A stretch of 64,000 nt of DNA from Epiperipatus broadwayi (Eukaryota > Animalia > Onychophora), in contig JAQFVV010000004.1 in NCBI GenBank assembly GCA_028023455.1, positions 19,654,001-19,718,000 of the forward strand. Direction: 5' to 3'. A program made the translations under genes and the position numbers. This document shows positions 1 to 14,439 of the stretch, one piece after another (position 1 is the stretch's first letter; each line of letters starts with the position of its first letter). A model generated the notes under the pieces. The model ran no database searches and was not told the DNA's origin. It saw nothing but the letters and a program-made list of their open reading frames with translations.

Positions 1-1113
1 TACTTTTTTAGAAATAAGAGTGTTTTTTTTTCAGTACTTACAAAAATTTTAATTTTTTCTTAGATCATGTTGATTTTTGATGCTACAAAATTCTATGATC
101 AACGTTCTAAATGTGTAAACTATAATCTATTTAATTTTTGTCTCCACAGAGATATTTGTATTAAAACATAATATTGTACTTTATATTAAAATTTATTACT
201 CAATAGACATTTAGAACAAGGATTATATTTAATAAGCTTGTTGTTATTATAAGATTACAATAATGGATAATTTTAATAAGTTCTAGTAAAAAGTAGAGTA
301 AAATAAATGTTATGCATTTCAAATTTATGAAGTGAAAAAAAGATAAAATTTTTGAAAAATTATAATTTCCGAAAATAATTCAGCTAGAGATTAGCAATTA
401 TTATTTTTTAAGAAGAGGATTTTGAAGAAAAAAGAGAAAAATTATTACTTGATTTAAATGCAAAATTCTTCAGAATTACATAATTAATTACTCTTCTTTC
501 ATTTTAAAATTTTCACTGAGATATAAATTATACTGAAACTCATTTTAAAATAAAATGTATTTTTTTTTAAAAAAATATTTTAAAGAAATTATTTTTTATG
601 TTAAAAAAATATTTTTTTTTTTTGCAATTTAATTTCATTTTATTTCGTTTGTTACAAACAGATTTTAAAAATTTATATTCTATGGAATACACTTTCTTTT
701 GATGGCACTTTTAAAGTTGTCAATTAATTTATTATGGTGGACAATTGACCTAAATTCTTTTTACATCACAATCAAGAAATTATAAATAATGTATATATTA
801 ATATAATGAAATGAAAATAGCTAAAGGAGAAAAAGAGGGGGGGGAGCAAGCAAATGTCTAATATGTTTTATTTATGAGGTGAAGATTATTGTTGTAATAA
901 ACTGAAGAAATTGAATGTAGGATTATTTAAGTTAGTAAATAAACAATCGATTGGTTTATTGCTTGAGAATTCATAAACAGTTTGAGTCCCAGAACCAATA
1001 GCTGTAGTTATTCTTCATCGACCTTGAGCTCCAAAATACATTCCTCTACCACTGCAGTAAACATCACAGTATATTTAAGTTATTGAAAATCAACAAAATA
1101 TTATAGTTAAGAA

Positions 1114-1356
<243 letters not shown>

Positions 1357-1561
1357 TAGACCGCAGCAAATCTCTGCTGAGGTAAGAAGCAATCCTTAAG
1401 TTCTCCGATGTAAGTATTTATTTTTTACTTTTGTTCCAACTTGTTATTCGCAAAACAAACATAATACAGGAAAAATCGAATTATATAATAGATTAATAGT
1501 GTTTTTTGAAAAATATCGGTGTGTTTTAATATCTTTTTTAAAAAAATAAAAAAATACTGAC

Positions 1562-2061
1562 NNNNNNNNNNNNNNNNNNNNNNNNNNNNNNNNNNNNNNN
1601 NNNNNNNNNNNNNNNNNNNNNNNNNNNNNNNNNNNNNNNNNNNNNNNNNNNNNNNNNNNNNNNNNNNNNNNNNNNNNNNNNNNNNNNNNNNNNNNNNNNN
1701 NNNNNNNNNNNNNNNNNNNNNNNNNNNNNNNNNNNNNNNNNNNNNNNNNNNNNNNNNNNNNNNNNNNNNNNNNNNNNNNNNNNNNNNNNNNNNNNNNNNN
1801 NNNNNNNNNNNNNNNNNNNNNNNNNNNNNNNNNNNNNNNNNNNNNNNNNNNNNNNNNNNNNNNNNNNNNNNNNNNNNNNNNNNNNNNNNNNNNNNNNNNN
1901 NNNNNNNNNNNNNNNNNNNNNNNNNNNNNNNNNNNNNNNNNNNNNNNNNNNNNNNNNNNNNNNNNNNNNNNNNNNNNNNNNNNNNNNNNNNNNNNNNNNN
2001 NNNNNNNNNNNNNNNNNNNNNNNNNNNNNNNNNNNNNNNNNNNNNNNNNNNNNNNNNNNNN
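1562..2061. other. Assembly gap (500 N)
   Basis: Run of exactly 500 N. The round number suggests an arbitrary-size scaffolding gap, so the flanks may not be truly adjacent. Confidence 0.98.
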
Positions 2062-5050
2062 TATTGAAGTGGAATCTGTTGCACACATTCAGCTTCACTC
2101 TCTAATAATGTTTGAAACCACCAGACATGGATTCAAACCTAACCATTTAATTATAGACCACCGGGGAGTGAAGGTGTACCAATGCGCGTGGTTGTTTATG
2201 TATGTGTAAACTTTAAATTCATTTAACATTAATATGCATAAAAACAATTATATATTTTCATTATGGTAGACAATCGTGCGTATGTGTGTGTAACAGATCA
2301 ATTTTAATAATTTAAAGCGTTGCATAATGTATATTTTATTTATACAGATATTTTCATAGAGAGAAAGTTCGAGAGGGGAACGTAAAATTAGTAAATAAAA
2401 GACTTACCGTCGTCCAAATGATAAAAGAAATTTGTTTTATTGTAATATAGATTGATTTAATGTCATGATTAGTTAACGTTGATTCCGCAGGTCTATTTTC
2501 AGCTTAAAGTAGACCAAAACCAACTCTCAAACTTAATCTCGTTTATAGTCCAAAATATGCTGTATCATTGTAGTTATTAAAACATCCGGGAATTACCCAG
2601 CGGCGGTGATAACGAGTATAAATACAACCACATTTTCTAACTAGAGAGGAAGACATGTCATTTTTCTAACGCATTGCTAAGGGGAAGCCACGCCCCTCTG
2701 AACGGCAACATGACGGGCTAATAAACATAGTTTGCTTCCCCGGATCTCTCCAAAAATCTAACCGATGCCTAAATACTCGGAAACCATCGTTCATCAATTG
2801 CTGCCAAAATGAACTTAATATTGAATAAAGAATGGACAGAAACCTTAATTTCATCAATTTGTAATAAATTAAGTCCTTTATCAAACATGGAACCAACACG
2901 TGTGCACCCGGCTGGAAATTCATCAGAAAGAAAGGTAATTCCTTGCCGTATAAACGAACTTTCATCTTAATAACCTTTTCTATTGTAAAATATAAATGTA
3001 AACATTTCTAGTTCTGAAATCTCTCCTAATGTAAAAATGTAATTATATATTTCGTGATCGGTAGTGCTAAGCCGATTAACTGCCTAAATAATGACCTCTT
3101 TTCTTTGTTTTATTATTTCTGTTTGTTGTATATTTAAACTGTAATTCTCACTTTCTAAACTCGATTGCTAGGTTCTCACTCTCCTTGTATTTTTATTTTA
3201 ATGCGGCAATGTTTATTTAATATTATGCAAATCATATCAATTTTTAGTATGCTAATAACTCGATCTGGCGAATCAATCCTATTTATTTTTGCTATTCTGC
3301 CATTGTGGAATATTTAATCGTAAACGTAAGTGTATTCACATTATAAAATTCGCCCGATCGAGAGATTTTCCTAAACTATGTTTTAATAGTGAATACTATG
3401 CTTTTCACTACTATCTAAAATAAATGATTTACTATTGCTCCACGCTATTAAGTAACATGATGAAAATTGAGTATTACATAACTTTAATTCAGATCCTTAT
3501 GTCTAGATGATTCATTTTATAAATCGCCCCGCCATCTAACGATAATTTAAGTCACTTAGTTCTCGGGTGGGTTAATATGCGTTTAGCGAAGGAATTTTAA
3601 TGTTTTAATATTTATCCTTAAGATATTGAATAAACCCTTTAAGTAAGTTGTATGCCCCGTTTGGGACTGCCTTTAGATCATTATTTCATTACGTTAGACT
3701 TAATTAGTATTTTAAGGCTGTATAAATCAGGGTAAATCAAACCTGACAGCTTTCGTAACGTGTCCCGGTGATAACATTCCTAATTCAGAAATGACATGCA
3801 TTTTCTCGATAATGGAATACTTATATAAAGCACAATTCTCGACAGAGCGTGGAGGCCCTAGCTCTTACAGATTGTCTTAGGTTAGGTAAGCGCTGCTATA
3901 GGTTAACATCCTACGAGTTGGAACCATAGTATCTTGCCAACCAATTCCCAATGCTATCCGTCACAAATGCAGATAAGATTAATTTTCTTTGCTCCCAAAT
4001 AAATGAAGCTCATCGTCCACTCAGGCCTTATCATGCGGTTCACACGTTATCGTTCTTATCCTTTCATATGGTTCAGATGTCTATATGCTGTAATGATATA
4101 AGTTCCCTAAGTCATCCCAAAATTCTCGTTATAGTTTAAATTTAATTAACTTTAGTATATATACATTATCGCTTATTAGCGCTACCCATCCTTCGTTCAA
4201 TCGCTATTAATACATCATTAATTAACTATTGAGAAAATCTATAAATGTATACTCGCACGATAATATCAAAATGATCATATTTTTCCTATTTCTCTTCACA
4301 GATAAGAAATAAATGAATCATCTCATAAGGTTCCAAAATAATTGATTTATAATTAATGTACCTTCCCTGAAATCCAAATGTAATCATATATTGAATAAAA
4401 CAAACCTTCGTACCGTTATTAAGTTTGATCATATTCTGTGTAATTTAAAATCTTATAAGCATTCATTCTAAAAGCTATTGTCATGGGTTATTTTTCTTAA
4501 CTTAGAAATATCATAGCGTGAGTAATATCAACCCGTTAAATCACATTAGCATACTAAGCCACAGAGTTCAAATAATTAAGTTATCATTATGTATATTTAT
4601 TGGTGCATATCCATCAAACCTTGTTATGTTATCCGGTTTGACATGGAATGCCCAAGTGACCATAAGTGAAACCTAAATCGAGTGTTCAACATATATAATT
4701 TCTAATTCATTGTAAATCTCCATATCTAGTGATTCACATGATTAATCTATTATTAATATTACGTTTAATAAATTTACATTTAATAAGCTATCTTTTGGAT
4801 ATTTTTTGTTGGTTTGTGTGTGCACGTCTATCATTACTTTGCGTTATCAATTAGTTAAGCCGTAGGTCTCTTGTATCTTCGCTGAACCTTCCTGGGCCGG
4901 AGTAAATTGAAGAGTATGATGCTATCATCAGAAATGTTGTTTGTAATGTGATAGACTTGGGAGGTGGGCAATAGGGCGGAGTTCATGAGTATCCCTGACC
5001 TGTGTATCTTGTATATGATTGAACTCTAGGTACTTTTGCTTAGGTCCTAA
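2062..5050. promoter_or_regulatory. CpG-retaining, higher-complexity island of unknown function
   Basis: Many CG dinucleotides and higher GC than the flanks. Strong splice-donor-like motifs at 2403-2408 (minus, ACG|GTAAGT), 3326 (+, AAC|GTAAGT) and 3886 (+, TAG|GTAAGC). No recognisable long ORF. Confidence 0.4.
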
Positions 5051-5095
5051 TTCTTGTTAGACGAACATACAATTCTGACTGGTACAATATATATC

Positions 5096-6458
5096 AGCAC
5101 TCAGATGTGCTGTATAACAATTTAAAAATTAACATATTTAAATTATCATAGATTTATAAAAAAATTCAAATTTGATTTTAATAATACATAAATGCACATG
5201 TATGATATGTATATAAATAGATGGTATGAATTAAAGCTATTAATTAGCCTCATTTTTAATGGTAAGTAAAAGTTTTCTTTGAAAAATATTTACTCTTTTG
5301 ACAGTTCTTAATCAAAGTTTTTCTTTTCAGTTACTCCTAATGAATTGTAAACATCTTTTAAAATACTCTAACAAGTTTTTTTGTTCTCTAATCTAGAAAG
5401 ATGTTGGGAGTTTCCCTTTTATTTTCAAAATAAAATCATCTGTGAATCAATCCCCTGTCTTTAGATTGTCAATTCAAACAAAAATTATTTATTTGTTTTA
5501 CTTTTAAACTAGAGATTTCAACAATTGTTATTTTCACTAAAGAATTTCACTTTTAATAAATAAACTGGAAATTTGCATAAAGCTATTTACTTTTAAAAAA
5601 TTGTAATTTAAAAATTACAACTGTCATTTTCACTTAAGAAATTATTTAAAGTAACTCATTAACTGTAATTTATATATATATGACACAATACCTTTACATA
5701 TTGCTCTATATATAGCTAAAACTGGTCTCTTCAAAACAGTAGAATGGCTTCATGTCATCTTTGGGAAAGGTATAATGTGATAACTATTGGCCTGCAGTGA
5801 GTTCCCTTCAGTCTCTATGCCATTTAATACACACATATATACAGGCCATGAACCACATAAAATCTGGGACTTGTTTCCATCTGAATCCTAACTCTACCAT
5901 TGTGAACTGGTAGCAGCAGTTGGTCTTGCACTGACTTGGCTTCAGTTATAGCTCCATAGTAAGTGTGTAATTATAAAATCTGAAAACTCCCTTCTAATCT
6001 TTTTCAATCTTTATATTTAGGGTGGAAAAATACAGTAACTAAAAATAAATTTTCTTTATCTTGATTGAAAAAGTTAAGGACTTTTTTCAATTTACTTTAA
6101 TCCTTTCCAAAACAATTTTGTTAGATTTTTATCACAATATGTTATACGAACTTCAATTGAAAAAATTTCTTTAATCAAAATATATAGTGGAATTTTATAA
6201 TTACCAGTACATTTATCATGACATAAAACCTGTTTATTTGAATTTCAAAATCAGACTTAATAAAATGTTAATTAGCCTTTATTAAATGATTAATTTATAA
6301 TAAAAAAAATTAAATTCATAATTATTTAATCCTTAACTGTTATTCCAGTGTAATATAGAAAATATCTACAAGAAATTTTTGTTTGTGTTTATTTATTTTT
6401 CCTTTCAACTTTATATATATATATATACATACACACACTATGTTGTCATATGCCATGA
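5096..6458 (+). repeat. About 1.3 kb direct duplication, copy 1 (copy 2 at 11360-12595)
   Basis: Colinear shared blocks, e.g. AGCACTCAGATGTGCTGT at 5096 and 11360, TTTCTTTATCTTGATTGAAAAAGTTAA near 6051 and 12205, and shared ...CTATGTTGT ends. Estimated 75-80% identity. Confidence 0.9.
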
Positions 6459-6464
6459 TACATA

Positions 6465-7288
6465 TAATCAAAATCATTCCAAATTCACAACTCAACCAGA
6501 CTAGTGAAAGAAATTAAACTAAAACACAACCAATGGTTTCACTGCTACAAACAGACTTCTCAAGTTTAAAGGACTACAAAATAAGAACATATTACTCCCC
6601 ACAATTCCACTTACATACCATACAATCCTTAATATTAAAAGGACTTAAATAAGTTAATTGCTTCAGAATAATGAATTTTTAATAAAAATTCTTTAATTCT
6701 TTTTTATTTAATTTCTCTCAAAGAAGACAACCTTAGCCTTATCCAAATTAATAGTGAGGCCTGCATCTTTTTTATTGACATATAAAGCAGAATTGAGATA
6801 TTTAATTCTAATCTTATTTTTTGATAGAAAGACTATTCCTGGAGCAGTGTATATTTTATCTTGTTTTTGTAAGAAGATATATATATATATACGTCAGAGC
6901 TTAAAGAATAAAATTACATAAAAATAGGATTAGAAATAAATATCTCAGTTCTGCTTTATATATCGATGAAAAACATAGGCTATATTATTAATTTGATGAA
7001 GCTAAGGTTGTCTTCTTTGAGAGAAATGAAATAAAAAGAAGAATTAAAGAATCTTTATTATTAAAAATTCATGATTCTGAAGCATTTAACTTATCTAAAA
7101 ATTATTTTAATATTAAGGGTGTATGGAACGTAGGTGGAATGGTGGATAATGTTTAATATAATTATATTATTTTGAAGTACTTTACACTAGAGAAATCTGC
7201 TTGTATCAGTGAAACCATTGGTTGTATTTTAGAGTTTATTTTCTTTGGCTAGTTTGATTGAGTTATGAATTTAAAGTAATTTTGATTA
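6465..7288. repeat. Long inverted repeat (foldback/MITE-like), arms about 355 bp, spacer about 98 bp
   Basis: 6465-6821 is the reverse complement of 6920-7288 (e.g. TTTCTCTCAAAGAAGACAACCTTAGC vs GCTAAGGTTGTCTTCTTTGAGAGAAA; CAACCAATGGTTTCACTG vs CAGTGAAACCATTGGTTG). About 80% identity. Confidence 0.92.
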
Positions 7289-8340
7289 TTTTATTGATTA
7301 GTTTATCTTTAGGCTTTTAATGTTTATATATATATATATATTCATAGTATTATTTCCTGGAACTTCCGTGTAATAAAAATATAATAGCTAAATAGCTGAT
7401 ATTTCAGTACAATAACAAATACTTTCCTCATAAGTAGTTAGATAATTTAGGATGGAATAAATGTGAATTGTAAAAAATAATATAGTGAAATAGTGATAGA
7501 AAAATAATTGTAATAATTATATATAAAGAAGGATGAATTCAAAAGACATTTTAGTTTGACTTAAAATCAGATTTAAAATCATCAAACAATCTTATATTCA
7601 ACTCAACTAGTAAAACTATAAGGCAAAATAATTTTAAAATAGTTACAATTTTCATAAACATCTTTAATAAAGTATACATTTGTATGATAGGTGTTGATTG
7701 AATGTATATGTAGATGCCTGAAAATACATATGCAAATTAATTTTCAATATTAATAAATATTAAAAAGTATATTTAACATTAATTAATATTGAAGTTTAAA
7801 TAGAAATATTTTTATGTTAAATAATATAATACTACTTAAATCTTTATCTCAAATGGTGCAAAAAAGAAAATAAAAAAATTGTATTAAATATTTATAAGAG
7901 CAAATCAGAGATTTGTTAGGCTCAAAGGCTTTGTAACAATAGTTTTTAGAAATATAGTTTTGAAAGCACTCTTAAGTATTTATTTAAAAACAAGATGTAC
8001 CTGGCCTGTGTAAAGACTGCCTTTTTTTAAATTTTATTGCTTTAACAAATTTTTTTAAAGATTTAATGTAAATTAAACAAATGATTTTAATATATAAATA
8101 AATATGAGAAAGGCTGTAATTTTTGCAAGCATTAATGGTAGAATTAGCATGATCTATATGATATCAAACTTACGCTAATCAAAGCTAAATATAAATACAA
8201 CACTAGCATCTATCCCCTCCCACTAAATTTCAGCTATCAAACAAATTTATGTATTGTAATCACATTTTTTTCACAATTTAAAGACTATACAATTAAATGC
8301 ATATGTACTGATTTATTTCTGGGCATTTTTTTTTATTTAT

Positions 8341-8599
8341 GGCAGAATTACTTCCTTTACAGAAAATATGCTTCATAATAAAAATTGCAGATTATTACAT
8401 ATAAAGGGTAGAATTACTTCCTTTATATAAAATGCTCATAATGAAAATTATGGTTTAGTGAGATATAATGATTTAATTTTTTTTTTTGATGCTGTTATAT
8501 TCATCATTTTTGTAATTTGTTAAAGTAACCAATTAAAAAAAAGTAATTTGTTAAAGCAACCAATTAAAAAAAAGTAATTTGTTAAAGCAAGCAATTAAA
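8341..8599 (+). repeat. Two short tandem arrays: about 66 bp x2 (8341-8450) and 31 bp x3 (8513-8599)
   Basis: GG(C/T)AGAATTACTTCCTTTA occurs twice; GTAATTTGTTAAAG(T/C)AA(C/G)CAATTAAA occurs three times. Confidence 0.9.
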
Positions 8600-9769
8600 T
8601 AGTATTGCAGTCAAGCAATCATTCAGAGCAGACAAAATAGGGATTTTATATAAAAGATAATAATCTGAAAGTTATTTGCTTCTGCTAAAAGTGACAATTA
8701 TATTATTCAATGTAAACACAGCTGATATGCTGATAAATTATTCAGGAAATGTTTCAAAAATATATGCAACTCACCATCATAGTTCCAGTATGAGAATATC
8801 TATAGAAGAGTAAATTAAATGGATAAACTAGCCACAAGATCATGCAGAGCAGTGAACTCTAATTTTAAATAGAAATGATAACTATCAGAATATAATTTAT
8901 TTTAACTGTTAATATTATACATCAAAAACAAAAGAACTTCATTTTCTGAATCCAGTAAAAGCAAATATATAGTGACATCATTTTTATTAAATTTTACTAC
9001 ATGAAATGGATAAATGTATGCCTGATTGATTTCCACAAACTTTTCATTATAGTAAGTAAAATAACTTTTAGAATATAACTGATTTTAAATGATTATATCT
9101 AATTACAAAAATTAAAAATATATTTATGATATGTATTATCCCTTTTGTGTTACATGTAATTTTACTTCATACAGGTAAATTTTATTTTATAAATAAGTTA
9201 AAAAGATTTTTCATATTTTTTTAATTAATGTTTAAAGTAATGCAGATAAAAATTTAATTTAAAAATTCATTTATTATAGTCTTAAGAGATTAAAATTAGT
9301 TGTTGAAGTCACAAGAAAATATAAAGAAGATGACTATTATAAACAAATCTTATTGTAGTTAAAACTCTAGAAATTTGTTACCATTTTAAGAATATTGATC
9401 GTTAATTTAAAATAACTTATTCAAGTTTTGTTTATGAATTATATATATTTATATATTGTAACAGTATGAAGCAACAGGGGTGAACCTTACTTTATGGCAT
9501 TCATCATCATCATCATCAAGTCCAAATATAAAATTAATTACAAATGAATACTATGAGCATGATATAATGAAAGGAATGAGCAGAGATCAACACAGACCTA
9601 ACTATAAGTTTACAAGCATTATACAAAAGTAATCATTATCATCATCATGGATGATCAACAATAAAATAAATCAACAGTCAATCTTATGACTGGATTTGAA
9701 ATGGATATACTATAGACCAGGCTAAATATTTAGCCCTTGCCAGCTTGAGACATTATTTAAACATTAATC

Positions 9770-10090
9770 TTTCACCTGATCGGCTCGTTTTTAAACAAGA
9801 AACTTGACATCACTGTAAATCGCTTAGTTTTTGTACTATATTTATGGTTTTGACGTCATTTTTTAGAAGGAAAAAAGTTCTATAAGATGCTGCCATCTAT
9901 TGAATTATTTTACAAGTAAAAATCAATAAAATGACCATTTATGTCAAACAAAACCAAAGCACCGCCTTCTGACATCTTTTCTTGAATCTTATTGGCTGTT
10001 GAAATTTTGTAAACAAAAGAAAATGGAAAAGCACCGCCTTCTCACCATCTTTTCTTGAATCTTATTGGCTGTTAAAATTTTTATATGGCT
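9770..10090 (-). promoter_or_regulatory. Candidate Pol II promoter: tandem CCAAT/GC-box units, CRE, YY1-like site, first-exon donor
   Basis: About 53 bp unit duplicated with a 72-73 bp period (9956-10008, 10028-10081), each copy with ATTGGCTG (CAGCCAAT on minus) and GCACCGCC. TGACGTCA at about 9851. AGATGGCAGC on minus at about 9888-9897. CAG|GTGAAA donor on minus at about 9776. CpG retained locally. Confidence 0.5.
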
Positions 10091-11359
10091 GCCAAAAAGT
10101 AAAGAGTTACGAACGGTTTTTGTTTTATTTTGAAAATGATAAACGAATGTTTTAGAGCATTTTAAAGTATTTTTTGATGAAATACAAATGAAATACAAAT
10201 TATTTTCATATAATATGCTAAAAATAAATATTATTTTACAAAAATAGTTAAGATTTTAGCAAGAATTATTTATTTATTGCAAAATGGGAAGTAGAAATCA
10301 TAACGTGGAATTGATGATTGATGTTTCTTTTCATTTCAGCCGTAATCAAAAATTTTTTAAATTATAAATCAAAATTTATTTTTGAACAAACTTTCGTTCA
10401 CTTTCATAATCTGACAAATTATTAATATACTTTTTACAAATGAAACTAAAGTGAATATATTTAATAAACGGTCAATATCTTTTGACAAATTGACACATCA
10501 GTTTGTGAATTGGCCAATTAAAAGCTTTGAGTTTTACCTCCTGCGGCGAATGTTATAATCACCGGTGGAAGGGTTAATTTAGATGCACAAACTTAAGTGC
10601 TAATTCATCAGAATGCTTAACAATAAAAACAATAATACTGGGATACTAAAACATGCTCTGGTCACATAGTATCTTTAATGTACTGTCCAACTATAAACTT
10701 AATTTCTAATACTAAACTAAATAAAATGTAGTGCATGAACATTAAAGGATATCATTTTTGCATCAATCCAGGATCATCATTAATTGGATGTTTATAAACA
10801 CTGAATATAAATCCCTTTGATATAACAGATTATTATGCATGAATTTACCTCAGGAACCAAAGCTCCATAACTTATTGTGAGCAAGAAATATAATATAACA
10901 TACAATAATTTATATTTATTCTGTAATTGAATAAATTCACTGGAATAATTTAAACAATGAAATATAAATTTATTAATAACAATTAAATTAAAATGAAATT
11001 AAGGTCTGCTGAGTATGCCATAAATATAAATCCAACATTCTGATTTGGATTAATACAAAAAGAAATCCATTATTACATTGTAATTTACAAATATGTTTGA
11101 CTAGGTTTACATAAAACACACACATATATATATAAGCACACAGATGTGTGATATAATAATTTATGAATTATTTGAGTTGTTATAAGCCTATAATTGAAAT
11201 TCATTTTTTATAATACATAATTAAGGACTGATTTGTATGTGAACATGGAAATGAGTGCACATGCTGGTGTTTAAAAAATAACCTAATAAACCATGTTATT
11301 TTTTCTTAATACATAATTAATTCAACGTTAAAAAAATATATAAAATTCACTCATATATA

Positions 11360-12595
11360 AGCACTCAGATGTGCTGTGTAATTATTTAAATTAACATGTT
11401 CAAATTGTCATAGATTTATATAAAAAATTCAATTCATTTTTAATAATACATAAATGCGTATATATAAAAAATAAAATGAATCAAAGTTATTAATTCATTT
11501 ATTATCTAATAGTAAAAATAGTTTCTTTTTAGTTTTTTTAAAAAAATATCAATTTTTTGACAATCCTTCATAAAAGTTTTATTTTTTAACAGGTTAGCAA
11601 GTTTTTTTTCCAAATTTAGAAAGATTTTTGGAGTTTTCTTTTGTTAATAAAATATACTGGAAGCACATCTTACTTTTTGTTGAATAAAGTTATTTACTTT
11701 AAAAAAAATTACGTCATTTTCAAGAAATTATTTAAAATAATTCACCAACTGTACTTTATATATATATATGTGATGCAGTAACTTTATCTGTGCTTCTCTG
11801 CATACAAATAAAATAATATACACTAATTTTTCAGCAAGCTGATGGACTCTCTGGGTGATCTGGTCCCTTCTAAACAGTAAACTGGATTATTGTCATTTTT
11901 AGGAAAGATATATCTGGTAACTGTTGACATATATGTAGTCAGCTCTATTTATTCTAGAATTTGATAGATTTCAGATATATTGGCTAGTTCACAATATATA
12001 TGAGTTAATGAACCACAAAAAAGCTGACCCTGGACTCCATGTGAATCAAAACTACTGGTCATGAACTAGCAAGTGCTACTTGCACTGTCTCTTGCCTTTA
12101 GTTATAACTTTATAGTAACTCTATAACTAAAAATTTTCCTTTAATCTTTTTTTCTCAACCTTTTTATAGTCAAGGTGAAAAAAATACAGTAATTAAAAAT
12201 AAGTTTTCTTTATCTTGATTGAAAAAGTTAATGATTCTTTTTAATTTAACTTAATTCTTTGAAAAACAACTTTGTAGAATTTTATCAAAATATATTATAC
12301 AAGCATTAATTTAAAAAAATTTGCTAATCAAAATAGATAGTGGAATTTTATAATTACTAGTATATCTACAGTAACATAAAAACATGTTTGTTTTAATTTC
12401 AAAATCAGAATTAATAAATATTAATTAGACCTTTTTAAATGTATCATTTATAATAAAATTAATTTCAAAATTATTTAATTATTCCAGCATAATATATAAA
12501 ATATCTACAAAATTTTTTTTTGCTTATTTTTCCTTTTCCTTTCAACCTTATATATGTGTGTGCACATACACTACTATGTTGTTGCATGTCACGAG
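11360..12595 (+). repeat. About 1.3 kb direct duplication, copy 2
   Basis: See 5096-6458; period about 6.26 kb. Confidence 0.9.
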
Positions 12596-14439
12596 GCACA
12601 TAACTATTTCAGTGTATATATATGTTTACTTAAAGACTGAATTGATAATGAATTTGCAAAGTATATGTAATTAAAATTAAATATTTCCAGATACTAGAAA
12701 ATAAACTATTGATAATATAGTTAAATATACAAACTATACAGAAAATTTAATATATCAGTTAAAATAAAGCAAGGTATTTAAGAGTGTGAGAATGAGTGCA
12801 GATATATTTTGAATCAAATATAGAATTTTAAAATCATGAGATTAAAGTATTTATTATGCTTATATTTAATGGTTTTATCTATTAGTTCAAATACACCGAC
12901 TTTTATTGATTGTTATTGCTATCAAATTTTTGGATTTATCTTCATGACCAAATATATTTTTAATTGTTAATGTTGCCATAAGTCTATTGCATGTGTGTTT
13001 AAAACACTTATTACTTTAAATGGTGCTAAAAGTGTATTTTAGAAACAGATAGTTATATATGTGCATGATGTTACCATTGACAAATAATATTAAATGTTTA
13101 TAGTATAAGCTTATAATTTTTGTTTAATGAATAGGTTGATAATGATGAAAGATGGTAATGAAGTAATTTAAAGATCTGAATCATAGTGCCTGACTTCTGA
13201 TCCCAAATTTTATAAAGAATGAGTGTCATTAAAGTTAAGAGAAAGTATATACTATTTAAATGATAGCACAGTTAATGAAGTCTTGGTCAGTGGTTATAAT
13301 GATAGCCTAAGTGAATATAAATAATAAGAGTTAGGAAGAAATAAATGTCCCTTGAGTCATGAGATAGTCAAGTCACCTGATCATCACTAGAAAGATGATC
13401 TATGAACATATATTTTTGGATGGTTCCTTACATGTTTAGGTATTTATTTAATCTTGAGGAAGAAAAAACCAAAATAGTGATTACAGTTATAATTAAATTG
13501 AAGGACATCATCTTATATACATTTAAATGAAATCAAATGTTATTGCTATGTGTATATGTTTAGCCACACAATTAGAGTTTGATAAAAAAAATATTTTAGC
13601 TGTGATGCATGAAGAACTGAAAATACTGATTTAACAATAATGATCATTATTATGTGTTTGTTCATATGAATATTGTATTGGTTCATTTCCATAGATTCTA
13701 CTTCACTTGTGCATAATTCCACTATGTTTTTAACTACTAAGTGGCTTGAAAGTGAATATACAGACCTAAAATCATACTTTATTTTATATGTTCCAATTTA
13801 CACATGGATATGTGAAACATGCACTCATATCTAAACACTTATAGCATAGAATAAATAGAGTTAGAAAAATAAAATCATTAAAATTCATAAATCTAGTGAT
13901 ATGTGAATAATATTGCATTAATACAGAACATCCTAATTTTATAATGGTATAAATTATATTAACAAGCAGTCCAACTATGATGAATTAATATTTCAGATTC
14001 AGTGTTATATCATAAAAAGTATAATTATTAAGAAATCCAATGCACTTTAGATAATTTACTCATACATATTTCTACTGAATTTGTAATAAATTATTTTCTG
14101 CAATTCATTACGATGACAATTATTTTTGTATATATTGTAAAAAAAATTTGGGTTATTTGTTTTTCTAAAAGTAGAAGTTATATTATCATAATATTTTCAT
14201 TTGATTTAAATTTACAGGATTATAAGTAATTATTAAGCAAACAAAGCTCTTGCATACTATAAACCTAGTGGGATAACTGAATGTCTATGATAGATAAGTC
14301 AATCTAGAGCTGAAATAGTCAGATATGATCCCAAGGAAATATTGAGATATGTTGTGTGATTTATATTATTGTAATCATGTATGCTTTCTAAAGAATCTAC
14401 ATCTGAGTATGCAAAGAGAAAACTATTTAGGTATTTCAT

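Noticed and set aside
1425-2098. Three long ORFs across the gap
   Set aside because: Almost entirely X from the 500-N gap.
2666-2965. 99 aa ORF MKVRLYGKELPFF...
   Set aside because: No recognisable motif; LYGK lacks PolB context, and overlapping frames are similarly open.
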